From contig JBPGPT010000008.1 in assembly GCA_051047955.1 (NCBI GenBank), forward strand, positions 310,001 to 374,000: a DNA stretch of 64,000 bases, given 5' to 3'. How positions within the stretch are numbered: the first letter of the stretch is position 1; each line of letters begins with the position of its first letter. Below, piece after piece: positions 47,501 through 62,641 of this stretch. Under the pieces are notes generated by a model, which saw only the letters and a list, made by a program, of their open reading frames with translations, had not been told where the DNA came from and ran no database searches. Made by a program: the position numbers and the translations under genes. Source of the DNA: Cystobasidiomycetes sp. EMM_F5. Taxonomy: Eukaryota.

Positions 47501-50016
47501 GGCGGGCGTGCTGTTTACGCTTGTGGAAGATCCTTCAATTTTAGCTGCTGCTGGGGTTGCTGAACGGGACTCCGATCGATTCTTGCTGTCGATAACTAGT
47601 TTCTTGACACTAGTTCTGGTAGCGAAAGCTTGCGGGCTCAAATGGAAGTGTTGAGGCTCGGGCGTGCTGACCATATTGTGAGAAAGTGACGGAGACGCTG
47701 ATCGAGTGCTGGCGTTGATCGGAGTCCCAGGCGTTGTGAAACGGCTAGCAGAAAGACTAGGGGATGAAGTCGACGTTGTAAAGCCGCGTAATTTAGTAAT
47801 TCTGGCTGCAGATTTGGGTGTACTGCGATAAGAAAGCGCCACGAAAGGCGGCTGCTTTTTCGAGGAATCACTTAAGGACGGTGCTGGCGGAGCCTGCTGA
47901 AGTCCCGACGTTGTTACTGGCTGAATGTTGGCAAAGATCGGGTTATTGCCATAGGGATTTATATCGATAGATGCTTGAATGGGCTGCAGATTCTGCTGCT
48001 GTTGCGATTGTTGAGACTGCTGCATTTGATTTTGTTGGCCGAGACTTAATGTGGAGCCTAGGCTTCCTCCAAAGAGATTGCTAGCGGGAGCCTGTGTCTG
48101 GCCAAGATTACCAAAGAGGCCAGGTTGGGTATTGCCAAAGAGGCTCGTTTGCGCGGGTGCTGCTTGTTGCGCCTGGGTAGCCCCGCCGAAACTGAAAGAT
48201 GGCGCCGCTGGGGCTACGGTTGCATTGTTACCGAACGAGAACGGAGCAGCTGGTTGATTTTGTTGTTGCTGTGTTTGACCAAGGTTACCAAACAGCGAGG
48301 GGGCTGTAGGAGCAGTAGTAGAGCCGGCGCCGAATAATGGCTTTGCAGTAGCGTTGTTGTTGCCGAACGCAGACGTTCCACCTGCGCCGAATAGACCGGT
48401 CGTTGGCTGCTGTTGCTGCTGTTGAGGCTGGCCAAAGAGCGATGTGGAGGCAGGCTGAGTCGTTGCAGTGTTTGCTGCGCCAAACCCACCAAAGGCGGGT
48501 TTATTGTCTGTCGCGGGGTTTGTTCCAAACCCGAATGCTGGTTTAGCAGCCGTACTACCAAAAGCATTGGCGGTATTCTGGGTATTTGCAGCGCTACCGA
48601 AGCTGAAGGCCGGCGCAGGCTGAGTTTGATTTGTAGCTTGTCCGAATCCACCAAATGTACTCTGGGCGGGTGCAGTGGTAGTCGTAGTACCGATAGTCGC
48701 ACCGAATTTGAGAGGTTGCGCTTGCTGATTGTTCGTCTGCCCGAATCCACCAAAAGCAGAGGGCGCCGCAGCAGTACTGCCAAATGTCGAAGTGCTCGCC
48801 GCTGGCTGGCCGAAAGGTGTGGATGTGGCCGTCCCGAGACCGCCTCCAAAAGGAGAACTAGCAGCAGGCTTTGCGCCGAATCCGCCAAAAAGGCTTCCTG
48901 ACGTGCTTGGCTGGGCTGCTGGAGCTTGTTGTCCGAAAGTCAGCCCTCCGCTGCCGCCAAAGCCGGATTGTGTCTGAGCAGCCGGTGCTCCAAATGACGT
49001 CGAGGCTGCACCAAAGAGACCGGTCGATTGTGCGGCCGGGGCAGTCTTTCGGTTCTGCTGATAATCCTGCGCGCGTAATTCCTGAAAGTGCCAACAGCGT
49101 CAGTCTAGTTATTGCGGCTCGAAGATGCGTGCGGAACTACCTCGGGTGAGATATGCCAGTACATAGGAAGAGCAACGATATTGTCAAAAAGTAGATTCTC
49201 GCCCTTCAGCTTGGTATCTGCAGAGGTCTGGTTGCGGGCATCCTTCCACATCTTTGGACGCGTGGGGTCATTTGGCATGGCCGGCAAGTCTGCGGTGCCA
49301 TTCTGCGGGATCGGGCATGATACATTTGGATTGACGAAATCGTTTGGATCGGCATTATTGGTCGCGGAAGCGCCAAAGCCGGTCGCTGGTTGCGCCGACT
49401 GTCCGAACAGTCCGCCTCCGCCTATTGCAGGCTGTGTGGCAGCAGGAGCTCCGAACGTAAACGCGGCTGGCTTGGCCTGCCCGAACAGCCCTCCTCCGCC
49501 TTGATTTGCTGTGCCGCCAAACGCAGGCGTCGAGGCCCCAAACCCAGACGTGGAGGCATTCGCGGTACTGGCAAAGGTTGTTCCACCGAATGTGCTGCCT
49601 GTATTAGCAGTATTGCCTGCAAGAAGGTCGGCAGGGCCATTCATGTCAGACTGAGTTCAGAAGCAGTTCCCAGTGCAGAACCGAGGTAAGCCAAGTCGTA
49701 CGAACCAAAGAGACCCGTCGACTGCTGCTGCGGTTGCTGCGGCTGCCCGAAAGGTGTCGCGCCAAAGCCTGCGCGTTCGTTTCAGTTGACCATACATATG
49801 GCCCCAAAGTATGCGCGACGGCGGGAGGTTTGCATTGTGATAATCTCGGCGTCAGACCAATATGTTAACGGCGCTGTATGGCCATATCGACGCACCTGTT
49901 GCTGCTGGCTGAGCTGCTGGAGTCCCGAAACTGAACGTCGTTGCTGGCGGCTGCTGCTGCTGCTGCTGCTGGTTGGCCGTGCTGCCAAACGTGAAGCCTG
50001 AACCACCAAAGGCCAT
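44516..50016 (-). CDS. NUP98: Nucleoporin Nup98-Nup96 precursor (Nup145/Nup189)
   Basis: MAFGG start, GLFG/FG repeats, GLEBS-like SPE|ELRAQDY, ASIDINPYG, autoproteolytic domain KPEVGQGLNVPA...VAHFSRY|GL, Nup96 motifs DAGLMFGRCFRASFGP, GDIRLATLL and LDWKRALA. Confidence 0.95.
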
Positions 50017-50399
50017 ACTGACGCAGTACTGACTCGAAGCCGGTCAGAAGCTAACCTGCGCAGTCCCAGCCAGTCGTCCTATTTATGCTGTCGACCGAGT
50101 CAGAGATGGGCTTGGATCAAGGCTGGACGGTGCGATGCAAACTGACGGGCAATGACTGACGAAACGAGCAAGAATGCAAGTGCGCAAGCAGAACTCATCG
50201 ACAAGCCAAGACTGATGTGGTAGAAATGTTGATCGATAGAGAAAGCTAACTATTACTACAAGAATTCCTTGAATCCCCATTGAGGTGTTGCGGGGCGAAG
50301 GCCGTCAATGCACACTTCGCCTACTTGGCGTAGACTCTGTACCCGCTTTTCCTGTCCACAATGCACCGTGGCGCTGCTCAAAAGAGCTGGTATGGGCTC

Positions 50400-51801
50400 A
50401 ATCCGCCGGTAACGGTCATCTGCTTGCGCATCGGCACCCGCAGGTACTAATCTCCGTGAATGCTGGGACGATGTGACAAGGAGGCTTCGGTTGCGCTGGA
50501 CGACCACTTGCCCATACTAGATTCGAATTCAGGACTAAATTCGAAATCATGGAAGGTATTGTGGGAAGCGTTGCCATTGATAGTGGCTGGATTGTGCGAT
50601 TGGAAGCTAGTCGCGGCTTTGACGGCTTCGCTCATGGCGTCACCTTCTAGAACTTCGTTGAATTTTGAGCTAGGAGGAGGCGGCGGATGCGATCCAATTT
50701 CCACGGCTGCAGCATCTTCGTTAATGTATGTGCTCGGACAGACCGCTTCGAACATTTTCCGGCGGTCTACCAATATGTTATTGGGTCCCTCAATATGCAC
50801 TCACTCGCTGGGCGCATAGAACACGGCTGTTATTAACTTGCTGTGTTTCCGATGCGCAGTGCTCGGTACAGCCACATCATGGCCGATGGCAGGCGTACGA
50901 CAGCGTGAGATTGGTTGCGCTGCGCTTCTTCTCGTCGTTATTCACCTTGATTTCTTACTGCTTTACTTCCCGAGTGTGCTCTTTTTGCTGTTCAACGTAT
51001 TTGAGGAACAGCCGCATCTGAGCAGGCCATTGAGCGTGATTCCCCTCTTTCATATCCCGATTCAGCTGTCGACTGTGATTACTGCAGGTTTAGCCACCAC
51101 CCTTGAGCACACCGTTTGCCACGCCGTGCCAAGCTGCCTCAGTTGCCAGCGGTATGTACTTGCATTTTCTCGCACGAGCAAGTCTGAATCGCCAGACCAT
51201 ACAACAAGAATTCTCACGACCCTGCTCGCCCGACACTCAGCCAACAATCTCACCTCCAGCAAATGACGATGCTCTCACTCTATATAGCGCTGGCCGGCGC
51301 TGGTAGATTCCGGCCCCTTCTTTGACAATCTGACAAGGCCAGACATGTCTGCGCATTGTTGCGTCAGACTGTACAACCGACTGCTAGAACAACACGCACC
51401 GAGTGACTTTGGTCGTACTGTATTCCTGGCCGAAGGCAGCCCTTGAGAGGACTTGTGACTCGTACAGCCAAGCACTTGCGCTGTTCGTTGTCTTCTTTGA
51501 TGAAATGGTAAGAAGCGCCGACGGAAGGCTGCGGCTGATGTTTATCGAGGATAGATACTATGTTGGCAAAAATGGATGCATGTGCCATTGTCGAAGACGC
51601 TCGAGCCTGACCCGCTTCGTCTTGGAATGATATTGCACCTTCTGCTAGACGGATGCGTGCGCCGTGACTGGACTGAGTGAAATTGGTCGTGGCCGCGTTA
51701 ACCCAAGCCTTGTCGCGGACCGCATCGAGAGCGTATGCACCTGCAGGCTGACGTTGAGCTTCTGGAACTTCAATGAACGCGCGATCTGATGCAGATATCA
51801 T
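50400..51801 (-). CDS. Hypothetical multi-exon protein, function not recognised
   Basis: 145-aa ATG ORF (51801) followed by further minus-strand ORF segments flanked by gt..ag junctions, filling an otherwise large gap. The exon structure and 3' end are unresolved. Confidence 0.45.
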
Positions 51802-52479
51802 GCCTGCGGTCTGTGCGCGTTGTAGAGGGTCAACGTTAATTTGTGGAAATTTGAAAGCGGTGAGGAACTCGAGGCAGTTTGGTGGGAGGGCAGCGGTGAC
51901 CTTATTGGGCAGCGAACGAATGTGAAATCACGCTATGACCAAGCATGACGGCAGAACTCACTTCGGCAGTATCCAGAAGCAGTCACTCATAATGACTGGA
52001 TCCGACTTGCCAAGTCGGACGGAGCAAAGCCAACCTGTGGACAGCAATTCAGCGGCCTATTTATGTCTGCGCGCTGCGCGTGGGGGCGCTATTGTCAGAC
52101 ATCATTTGCGTGGAGGGGCATTGTCAGACATCGGCCTACACGTTCAGTCAGTGCCGGCTTGTTTTCGTGCTAAGCGAGACGTCAGCTTGCTGCCTACGAT
52201 AGGGTATTTTCGGGTATTGAAAGACACGTCAGTATGCATGGGGCACCTGTCAGTCGGACGAGTCCTTCCGGACATGCATCTTACGAGGCTTCTTCTCCCC
52301 ATAGCAGTACATAACAACACGCTAACCGTAGTTTGCACACTCTAGTCTATTCTGATGTCGTGAGGTCGTTGTCATCGCGGCTGTAATCACGATGCTTATA
52401 AGGGTCCGAGCTTAGCAATGCTCAAGGCGTGATGGTGACAGTGTGGGGAATCCGACAATTCGACGTTGCGCCCTCCCGC

Positions 52480-54522
52480 CTACTTCATGTCTTCAGCCAC
52501 TGTAACTTGGGTAGAGAACTTCCGCCGATGTTGTCCGCTCGAGGGTGCTCTATCGCTCTTGTCCCGGGCGGGACTGCCAAACGGCTGATGCAGAGTATTC
52601 GCTCCAGCGAAGGGCTGGTCATTCTGCATGCCAGGCATAGTAGCTGTATTACTATTGAGGTTTGGCGATAAATTGGCTGGTGAGCCATTTGCAAAGCCGC
52701 TTGGGGAATTTGGGTGTGTATGCATCGAGCGACGCAGAGGAATGTCGACGTGGTTGTTGTTGAGGAATACTTGCTTTTGAAAGTCGGAGGCATGTAGGGC
52801 TTCGCTGTATCCGATATGAGGTGGGATCGGAGACCGAAGTGGAGGAGTGATTGGCCTGTCGGGCATCTGTATCGTTTGTGATGTGCCATCGACAATAGCC
52901 ACTATCTTTGGCTTTTCTGGCAGGTTGTACACATACGTTGCAGCGAGAACCAGAGCTGATCCAGCGAGGAAATTAACAGTGATGGGAGTGCTGAACAGAA
53001 CGATACCGGCAATGAAGGAGAGGATGATGGAGAGGGAAGTAGCAAAGCCTTTTGCGATATTGTCTGCATACTTGATGACGAGCGCAGTGAGAATGCCGCC
53101 CAAAGCCTGGAAGACAACGGTAGCAAGCGGCCAGCCGGAAAAGTTACCAAACAGCCAGGTAGGGTCATCGGGTTTCGGTATTCTAATCTTGGATTGGCCG
53201 GTCAAAGACATGTTGGGAAAGGCAGCAGCCATAAAGGCAGGCGGCAGACTCCACAGACTGAGTTGAACGTTTCGTGTCCAAACATCTGTTTGTGACGTCT
53301 TGAGCACCTTTTCAAAATACACACCCGCAAAGCCAGATGCTGTGCAATGGGAAGACTCAGACACTAGGTCGGCTCCTGGCTTATGCTTTAGACACTTACT
53401 CATGCACCCGATGATTGTTGCCAGAAACCCTGCGACACGGTTCATTTCGTGCGAGGTAGTCTCTGTCGCAGTTGATGCGCTATTCCCTAGTCCAGCCAGC
53501 TGGACGACGGCGACTCCACTAGCTAGTGCGAACAAGCTTCCCCATTTCATTGGAGATAATTGTCGACCGAGCATAGTCACACTAAATAAGGCTGTCGTTA
53601 ATATCTGCCCGGTAGAGAAGGAGAAGAGACATGCTGTCAGAATCAGAGTTTATATTTGGTTTGCACAGGTTTATCGCACACCTTCATTTGGTAACTGACT
53701 TGGAACGTCGCGACATCTAGATTTTGAGCGGCGAAGAATCCAAGCTGAAGATTCCGTCAGAATCGTTGATGTTTTGCAGTAGAGTTTGCGAATTACATTG
53801 TTCTGCAGTACATAACACGCCGCTGGTACTGATAATTTCCACGCGTCTCCTCTGCAGAGTACGGATTGTCAGGTTATGCCAGAAGATGCGCGACATTTCG
53901 TGATAAGAATCAGCGGGCGGATTCATCGTATCGTAATCAAGAGTACGAACTTGTACAGGCTCATTACGACTGCTTTCACAATGCTCAGCAGGTCGGAAGG
54001 CGGTTGCACTAGGCCTCCACGCTCGCTGTAAGGACCGTCGCAATCAGCAAGAGTGGGCGTCATCATTCCTTGACGCTTCTGCACACCTTGCAGACATGGA
54101 TCTGCCGTGCACTTTTGGCTGGAGCGGCAGCTGCTCATACTGTCCTCCTTTGGCCGCAGACTCCTGTGCTGTCGAGTAGGCTTTGTGAACTGCGAGGGCA
54201 AAGCTGACTGCCCCCTTTATGATTTCCGATAGCAGCACTGCGCTTGCTGCCGAGTATGGCTTTACGCTGGGGGATGTTTGCGACTTTGTAGATTCCGACA
54301 AGGCCGAACAGATAACGGAGGGTCACGTTTGATGAATTTCAGACCAAAAAGAACCGCGGCGTCAAATGCAGCGGGGACGACATCAACAGGGAGACTCACG
54401 TAGTGTAGCAGTATGGATAGCACCGAGTTCTGAGCCGTCAAGGTGCACAGACTGAGCGCGGACGCTAATTTTGCGGAAGACGAGGCTGTTGAGCCCCCGC
54501 CCTGCCCGCTCCCGACTGCCAT
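52480..54522 (-). CDS. Nucleotide-sugar (UDP-galactose) transporter, SLC35A/Gms1-like
   Basis: TAQNSVLSILLHY, AVLLSEIIKG, VATFQVSYQMK, SGFAGVYFEKVLK, RNVQLS, GGILTALVIKYADNIAKGFATSLSII. Confidence 0.92.
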
Positions 54523-55040
54523 CCTTGCGATTCAGATTGCTCTCGCGCAGCTGTCAGATTAATCAGGATGTTGCTTTTGTCGTCGGTCTTGATTACTCGC
54601 TCAAGCTCAATATGTTTCCTGGCGAGCCTTGACGCGCTTCGAACGATCGGAATCAATATGGGATATTTATGGCAGGAATGGCATGCAATGGCCTGCTTTC
54701 GACTGATGCAGCGGTGCATATGAGCACAGCAATATCCGCTGGACGTCTCAAAATGACCTCTGTGCTGCCAGGTCAATTTCGGGAGATTGGATAGTATACA
54801 CGTCTAGCTCGGGAAGAAGCACCCCAGGCATTTCGAGCATGCAGCGAAGCTTGCTTTGTTAATGCAAACAACGCAGACATGAAGAGCTAAACGAAACAAT
54901 ATCGACCCGTGTTTGGTCGAATGCTCGGATGTCAAAGTCTCGGGAAGGCCCCCTTGGCTAGTTTCGGAGTTGAGAACTCGATGTCCAATCTGCTAATCAA
55001 ATAACCGACGCCCACGCTCATTTCTGCTCACTCGTCCATC

Positions 55041-56129
55041 ATGCTCCGTTCCTTCACTTACGCCCTATGCAGCCTGACGGTCGTCATCCACCTGGTGTAC
55101 GCACAGACCACGACCTCAGTCGGTACAAATGACCAGGTAGACCCGAATGCGGAATGGCATGTCTTCACCGCTCCACGCTATGTAGTGTCTTATGCTGACG
55201 CTACCATCCGTCGTTTGCAGCCCTTACCAGATCAACGACCAGATCCAGGTATGCGGTCTGGACTGACAGCGAGCTGTGCCTGACGGACTGACACATGTCC
55301 AATCTAGCAATGCCGAACAAAGGTCTACGATGACGAAGGTGAGTGGAAGAATGTCCGAACCGCTATCCAAGGTATATCCTCATGCCGGTTTATGCCCGCA
55401 GCAAAACTTCCAGGTGGACCTTGCGCGAGGTGAGCGACACATGCTGCACCTTGAGCGCGCAATATCTGAGCGCTTACACCTGCGTTTAGCACGGACTGGG
55501 CATGTATCTGTAACGTGCAGCAAGGCTTGATCGGTAAGTCAACGCGAAAGACTCTAAAACAAGCGCATACTAAGTATTGGTCCCTCCCAAACAGCATGTT
55601 ATTACCCATGCCGAGGGTCAACGCCAGCAACCGAGTAAATGACGACCGCCTCCGTATTCTCTACTCGGTGACTGATGAGTATCGCGTAGCATCTATTACA
55701 ACAATGCACACTGCAACGGCCAGAATGGGTATGTCAATGAGGCTGCCGCTTCGACAGGCATACCCTACATGGGTTCGCCCATTACTACAGACTATACATC
55801 TGTCCTCAGCTCGTCTACCTTGAGCGGAACAAGCGCGACTTTTAGCACTGTTGCTTTATCGTGAGTGGCTTTATGTTTTACCAGACCATCGAAGAGGCGG
55901 TGACAATCGTCGTGTACTCGCTAGATCGTCAACTTCCACCGCATCTAGCAATTCAGTCACCTCGCCAACATCGTCTCCATCCTCAGCAACCTCGCGTGGT
56001 ACCATCCTGACGGGTAGCGTGAGCACAGTGTCAGTGGTGCAGAACGATTCTCTGCGGGCATTTGCCGCAAGCGGAGCACTTGGTGTTGTTGCCTGCCTGA
56101 TCAGCATGCTAGTTGTAGCTATCTTCTGA
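55041..56129 (+). CDS. Secreted 8-Cys CFEM-like, Ser/Thr-rich, probably GPI-anchored protein
   Basis: Signal peptide, then spliced ECPYQINDQIQQCRTKVYDDEAKLPGGPCASTDWACICNVQQGLIACYYPCRGSTPATDIYYNNAHC, an S/T stalk and a hydrophobic C-terminus. Confidence 0.72.
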
Positions 56130-56490
56130 TAGATTGGATGCGTGGGCCACCTCGACCTCGACCTCGACCTGGCGTGGAGGTACGGAGTGCGCTGCGTTGC
56201 ATGTATTCTCTTCAATTTGTCTTGTCATGTCGGCCATTTGTCTTATTTTCAGAATTGTGCTGTCAGAATTTCAGCTTTCTCCACGTTTGAAAGCATGGTT
56301 CACATCTCTTGCAATTTGCAACCCGGCCTTGCGTCGGTGCAGACTTGTGATCCATGCAATGACATCGTATCCACAGTGTCGCACTTGCAATTGTCAGTTG
56401 ATTACCATGCGAAATATCTTGCCGCCATGGCAACCAAGGGACCGGCGGTCTCTGGACGCCTTGACGGCCGAAGGGAGGGCGACAAAGTGA

Positions 56491-58522
<2,032 letters not shown>

Positions 58523-58958
58523 GTCGACCTGGAAGGGAAATACAGCCAGAAAATGAAACTTCATCAGAAAAGGAACACGCTGCTACTGCACCTTCAATTG
58601 TTATTCGTATTATCGGTAATATAGTACTAATTCTCTGCTTTTGGGCATTGTTTTCGAGTGGAGAAGAGGCCTACAGTATCAGGGCCGGACGCATGAAAAA
58701 ATGTTGCATTATTATGGAGATACGAGGATGTACAGGATCAATGCTCGGGAAAGCCAATGCTACCATGACCTGTTCATGCCTCTGCTCTCCCCTGCCTGCT
58801 GTGAAGTATCCGCCTGTGTTCGCTTGTTGCCGATCTGCTTAATAGCCGCCCCTTGCCGGTCACAACACGTGAAGGCTTTCCATCATTGAATCGCAACTCT
58901 GCACGGCTTTCCCAGCACACCAACCCTGACATACGCTCATTCTCGAGTTTGACACGCC

Positions 58959-61377
58959 ATGACGACCATCAAGAGCTTTGATATCCGCGACTTGTGAGAT
59001 GACGGGTGACACTGTTTCTGATGGAGCGAGACGTACTAAATTTATACACATTCTCTGACAACGCTTCATACACCACTCCCATCGTAATATTTCGCACACG
59101 TCCTCCTAGACGGTTCCCTACTTCGTATGTAACCTCCTCATTTGATTCTACGCATCTCCCCTCTAATACGCCTGTAACCCAAAATACAGCCTCGATGCCT
59201 CTGGTACAGACGCGATGAATACAGAATGCGTATGTTAGGCTTCATTCGGAGACCCGTCGAACCTCAATACTGAAAAAGACCCTCTTCCAGGACTACTCCG
59301 CCGCATACATCACGCTAGAAACGGAATCCGGTCTGAAAGGGTATGGGACGTGACGCTTTTTCTTTTGGAGGACTAGCTTGATCTGTCGCTGTGTCCGTGC
59401 AGATACGGCATGACCTTCACAATCGGTCGAGGCAATGACATTGTTTGCACGGCAAGTTATCGCTTTCTCCAGGCTGGACTGGCACGCAGCTTATCTGTAA
59501 TACGGTGGACAGGCCATGGAAGCGGTTGCAAGCAAGTTAGTTGGGCGTGATTCCGAATCTTTCTTTGCGGATATGGGGAAAGCCTACTCTTTCTTGACGG
59601 CCGACCCGCAACTCCGATGGTATGTCACGAATCTCTGCAAGCAGGGACGTCATTCATTTCACGAGTCTACAGGATCGGACCGGAGAAGGGTGTTATTGCT
59701 TTGGCTACTGGCAGCGTCTTAAATGCCCTATGGGACATGTTTGCGCGAGCGCGGGGCAAACCGCTCTGGAAGCTGGGTAAGGCAGAGCATCCGGCGAAAC
59801 GATAGGCGCGCAGGCAAGCACTGTTACTGAAACAGGTTATCTCTGTATAGTTGCGGACTTTACTCCAGAAGAGTTCGTTCGTGCGACCGCCTTTAGGTAC
59901 TGCACGGACGCAGTGACCAAGGAGGAAGCGCTTGAAATGCTTAAGAAACTCGAGCCGACCAAGAAGGAGCGGACGACCAAGGTTATGGAAGAAGGTTACC
60001 CAGCATACACAACCAGTGTCGGCTGTACGTCTGCTATTTGCTTCAATTGCTATGACAAGGCCAATCAAACTATTTGCAGGGGCCGGATACTCTGACGAGA
60101 AGGTGGTCAGGCTAACAAAGTAGGCAAAATCCGTACAGTGTGGTTGGCACGTTGTTCTGACTCTATCATTACGCATCACTGGCTTTCCTAGGGAAGCTAT
60201 CGATCAAGGCTTCAACCACTTTAAAGTAAAAGTCGGCATATCGCCAGAAGACGATGCACGTCGTCTGGCGCTCGTCAGAAGTGTGATTGACGATCCTGCA
60301 AACTTTGCAAACCGAAAAGTGACGCCATCACCCGCTTCTTTGGAAGGCAAGAATGCCGGTCCTACGGGATGCGTGCTTATGATGGATGCAAATCAAGGTC
60401 AGTCGACCGACCTATATAAATGCGGCGTGTACGCCTGCTGACACAGCGTTTATGCAGTCTGGGATGTATCGGAAGCGATCGAATGGTGCAAGAAACTGTC
60501 AAAATACAACTTGTGGTTCATCGAAGAGCCGACCGCTCCGTAAGTATGCCAGAACTTTGTTCTCCCACGGGTGAATTGACTAGTATGACGTACAGAGATG
60601 ACGCACTCGGACATGCCAAGATTCGACAAGGTCTGAAAGGCATAATGGGTGTAGCAACGGGCGAGCACGCCCATAATCGGCGAGTTCTGCGGGTAAAAAA
60701 TCGGGCAACATCAGCTTACACGTGATATATGTTTCAGTATGCTGTTCAAGCAGCTATTACAAGCAGAAGCTATCGATGTCTGCCAGATTGATAGCGTGAG
60801 TGCAGGCATTGTTGCGCGGCGCAAAGCTGACGTCAAAGCGTGATTCAGTGCCGAGTTGCGAGTGTCAATGAGATTCTGGCGATTCTGCTAATGGCCGCAA
60901 AGTAAGTTTTATATATTGGCCTCAGCAGTGCAGTAAGGCTGACAACGTCAAAAGGTACAAGATTCCAGTGTGTCCACACGCAGGCGGTGTCGGACTTTGC
61001 GAGCTCGTCATACACTTGTCTTTGATTGATTACATTGCAGTGTGAGCATCTACACGCGGTGTTCGGATAGATGTAGCTGATACCATTGCAGATCCGGGTC
61101 GATGGAGCGCAATGTTCTCGAGTTGTAAGTAATTACTGCTTCAAGCAGGTCACCGCTCAATGCTGATAGACTCCATAGTGTGGACCATCTCCACGAGCAC
61201 TTTGTCTGGCCGGTGGCAATCAACGAGCGCGGCCGGTACAAGGTGCCTTTAGCATCCGACGAAGGCTACAGCATACGAATCCACGACGAGTCGATTGGCG
61301 TTTACGAATACCCGAAAGGATCCTTCTGGTCAAGCGATGCCGGGAAAGCAGTCGTAGCCAACAGTAAATACCGGTAG
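58959..61377 (+). CDS. Enolase-superfamily sugar-acid dehydratase (L-galactonate/L-fuconate dehydratase, ENOSF1-like)
   Basis: DL|RFPTS|LDASGTDAMN, GMTFTIGRGNDIVC, QLRW|IGPEKGVIALA, GYPAYTTS, FKVKVG, MMDANQ, FIEEPT, VATGEH, VCPHAGGVGLCE, VDHLHEHF. Confidence 0.93.
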
Positions 61378-61474
61378 TGATCGATACGATGTCAGTGCTA
61401 GTGCTACAAGTGGTCGATGCAGACAATTATTGATACAGATCAGGAACGTCACGATCCTGGGACGGGCCAGGACT

Positions 61475-62539
61475 TTATTGCCCGCTTAGCGTATTGTGCA
61501 TCTCGTTGCCCATTCCAGGAAATTTTACATGGTCCGCTGGGTTTGGCGTGGCTTCGTAAATGATTTGACCTGGTCTGTCGACGCGCTGTATTGCCGAGAA
61601 AATCAGTCATGGCACGACTAGAGGAGAATCGGCCAGTACATGCCAGCTCACTTTGCTAAACTCGCCCTTGAAGCCAATAAAGTACACCTGCGTGGTCTCT
61701 CCACCGGCATTTTCTGAAAAGAATAGAGTCAAGTTTGTCACCGCCGGATATCGCGTGGCTCTATAGAGATGCTCTCAGTCAAACATGCCGTGACGCTCGA
61801 ACTTGCCGCTAGACGTACGGTACTGGATATTCTACGGCATCTTTCGAGTCTACTAGGTTGATGACTTGCGTTGGCTTTTCGACGGCCGCCGAGTCGAAGT
61901 CAATGCCAGGCACATTCGAGAACTGTGTGCGATATTAACGAGAATTTGTCTGCACCAGGGTACGTGATGCCCACTTACCACCTTCATTTGCGTTGGGCAT
62001 GATTCGCCTCGAGCGCCCTTTACAATTATAGATCGCAACTTTACAGAGCCGGTAAAGGGTATCCGCACTGTGATTCTATCAGCAAGGCCAGCAGGATCGT
62101 ATGCGCCGCACTCATTTACCTATCATTTGTTCGCTGTGATTCGGCAACCTCATCAGCTCAAAGTTGGTAGTGGTTATTGACAGCAAGCGTACTCTGCATC
62201 ACTGCGAACGAACTGCAAATAAGAGTATCAGCAAAGTGAGGTTGCGTCTAGAGCGTTAAAGATATGCCTTTTCTTCGTCTAGCCGCATATCCCAGGGTTT
62301 GAAGATGTGCTTTACTTGATCCGGCTCTTGAGCGTTCAGGATTTCCACATTGTCGATGTCGACTGCAACCCAGAATGTAATACCATTGGCTAATGTCAGT
62401 CTTTGTGAGTTTGCTGCATATTTTGTTGGAACCATCGTCATGGCGCACTCTTCGACAGGAGCAAATCATTCACGCCCTCGCCCGGCACGACATGCTCTGG
62501 ATCGTCTGCAGAGTGCCCACAGCCGTGGCCGCAGACCAT
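61475..62539 (-). CDS. PITH domain-containing protein (PITHD1-like)
   Basis: MVCGHGCGHS.., IDIDNVEILNA, IFKPWD, SDADEQMIVRIPFTGSVKLRSI, TQVYFIGFKGEF, IYEATPNPADH. Confidence 0.92.
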
Positions 62540-62641
62540 GGTTGCACTTGATTATCAGATTAACAAACAGAGCCAAGGCCGGTTCAAGTCTGTTGATGCT
62601 TTACATTCTGACGACTGATCCTGTTGACTGGCGTTGCCATC

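Noticed and set aside
48030..50016. Repetitive GC-rich tracts and a (CTG)n run as DNA repeats
   Set aside because: They are explained by Nup98 FG/GLFG and poly-Gln coding sequence.
51935..52345. 136-aa plus-strand ATG ORF in the intergenic region
   Set aside because: No recognisable motif or splice support; likely spurious, although it cannot be excluded.
56149..56171. Short (ACCTCG)n tandem repeat after the CFEM-like stop
   Set aside because: Only about three to four units in a 3'UTR, with no evidence of function.
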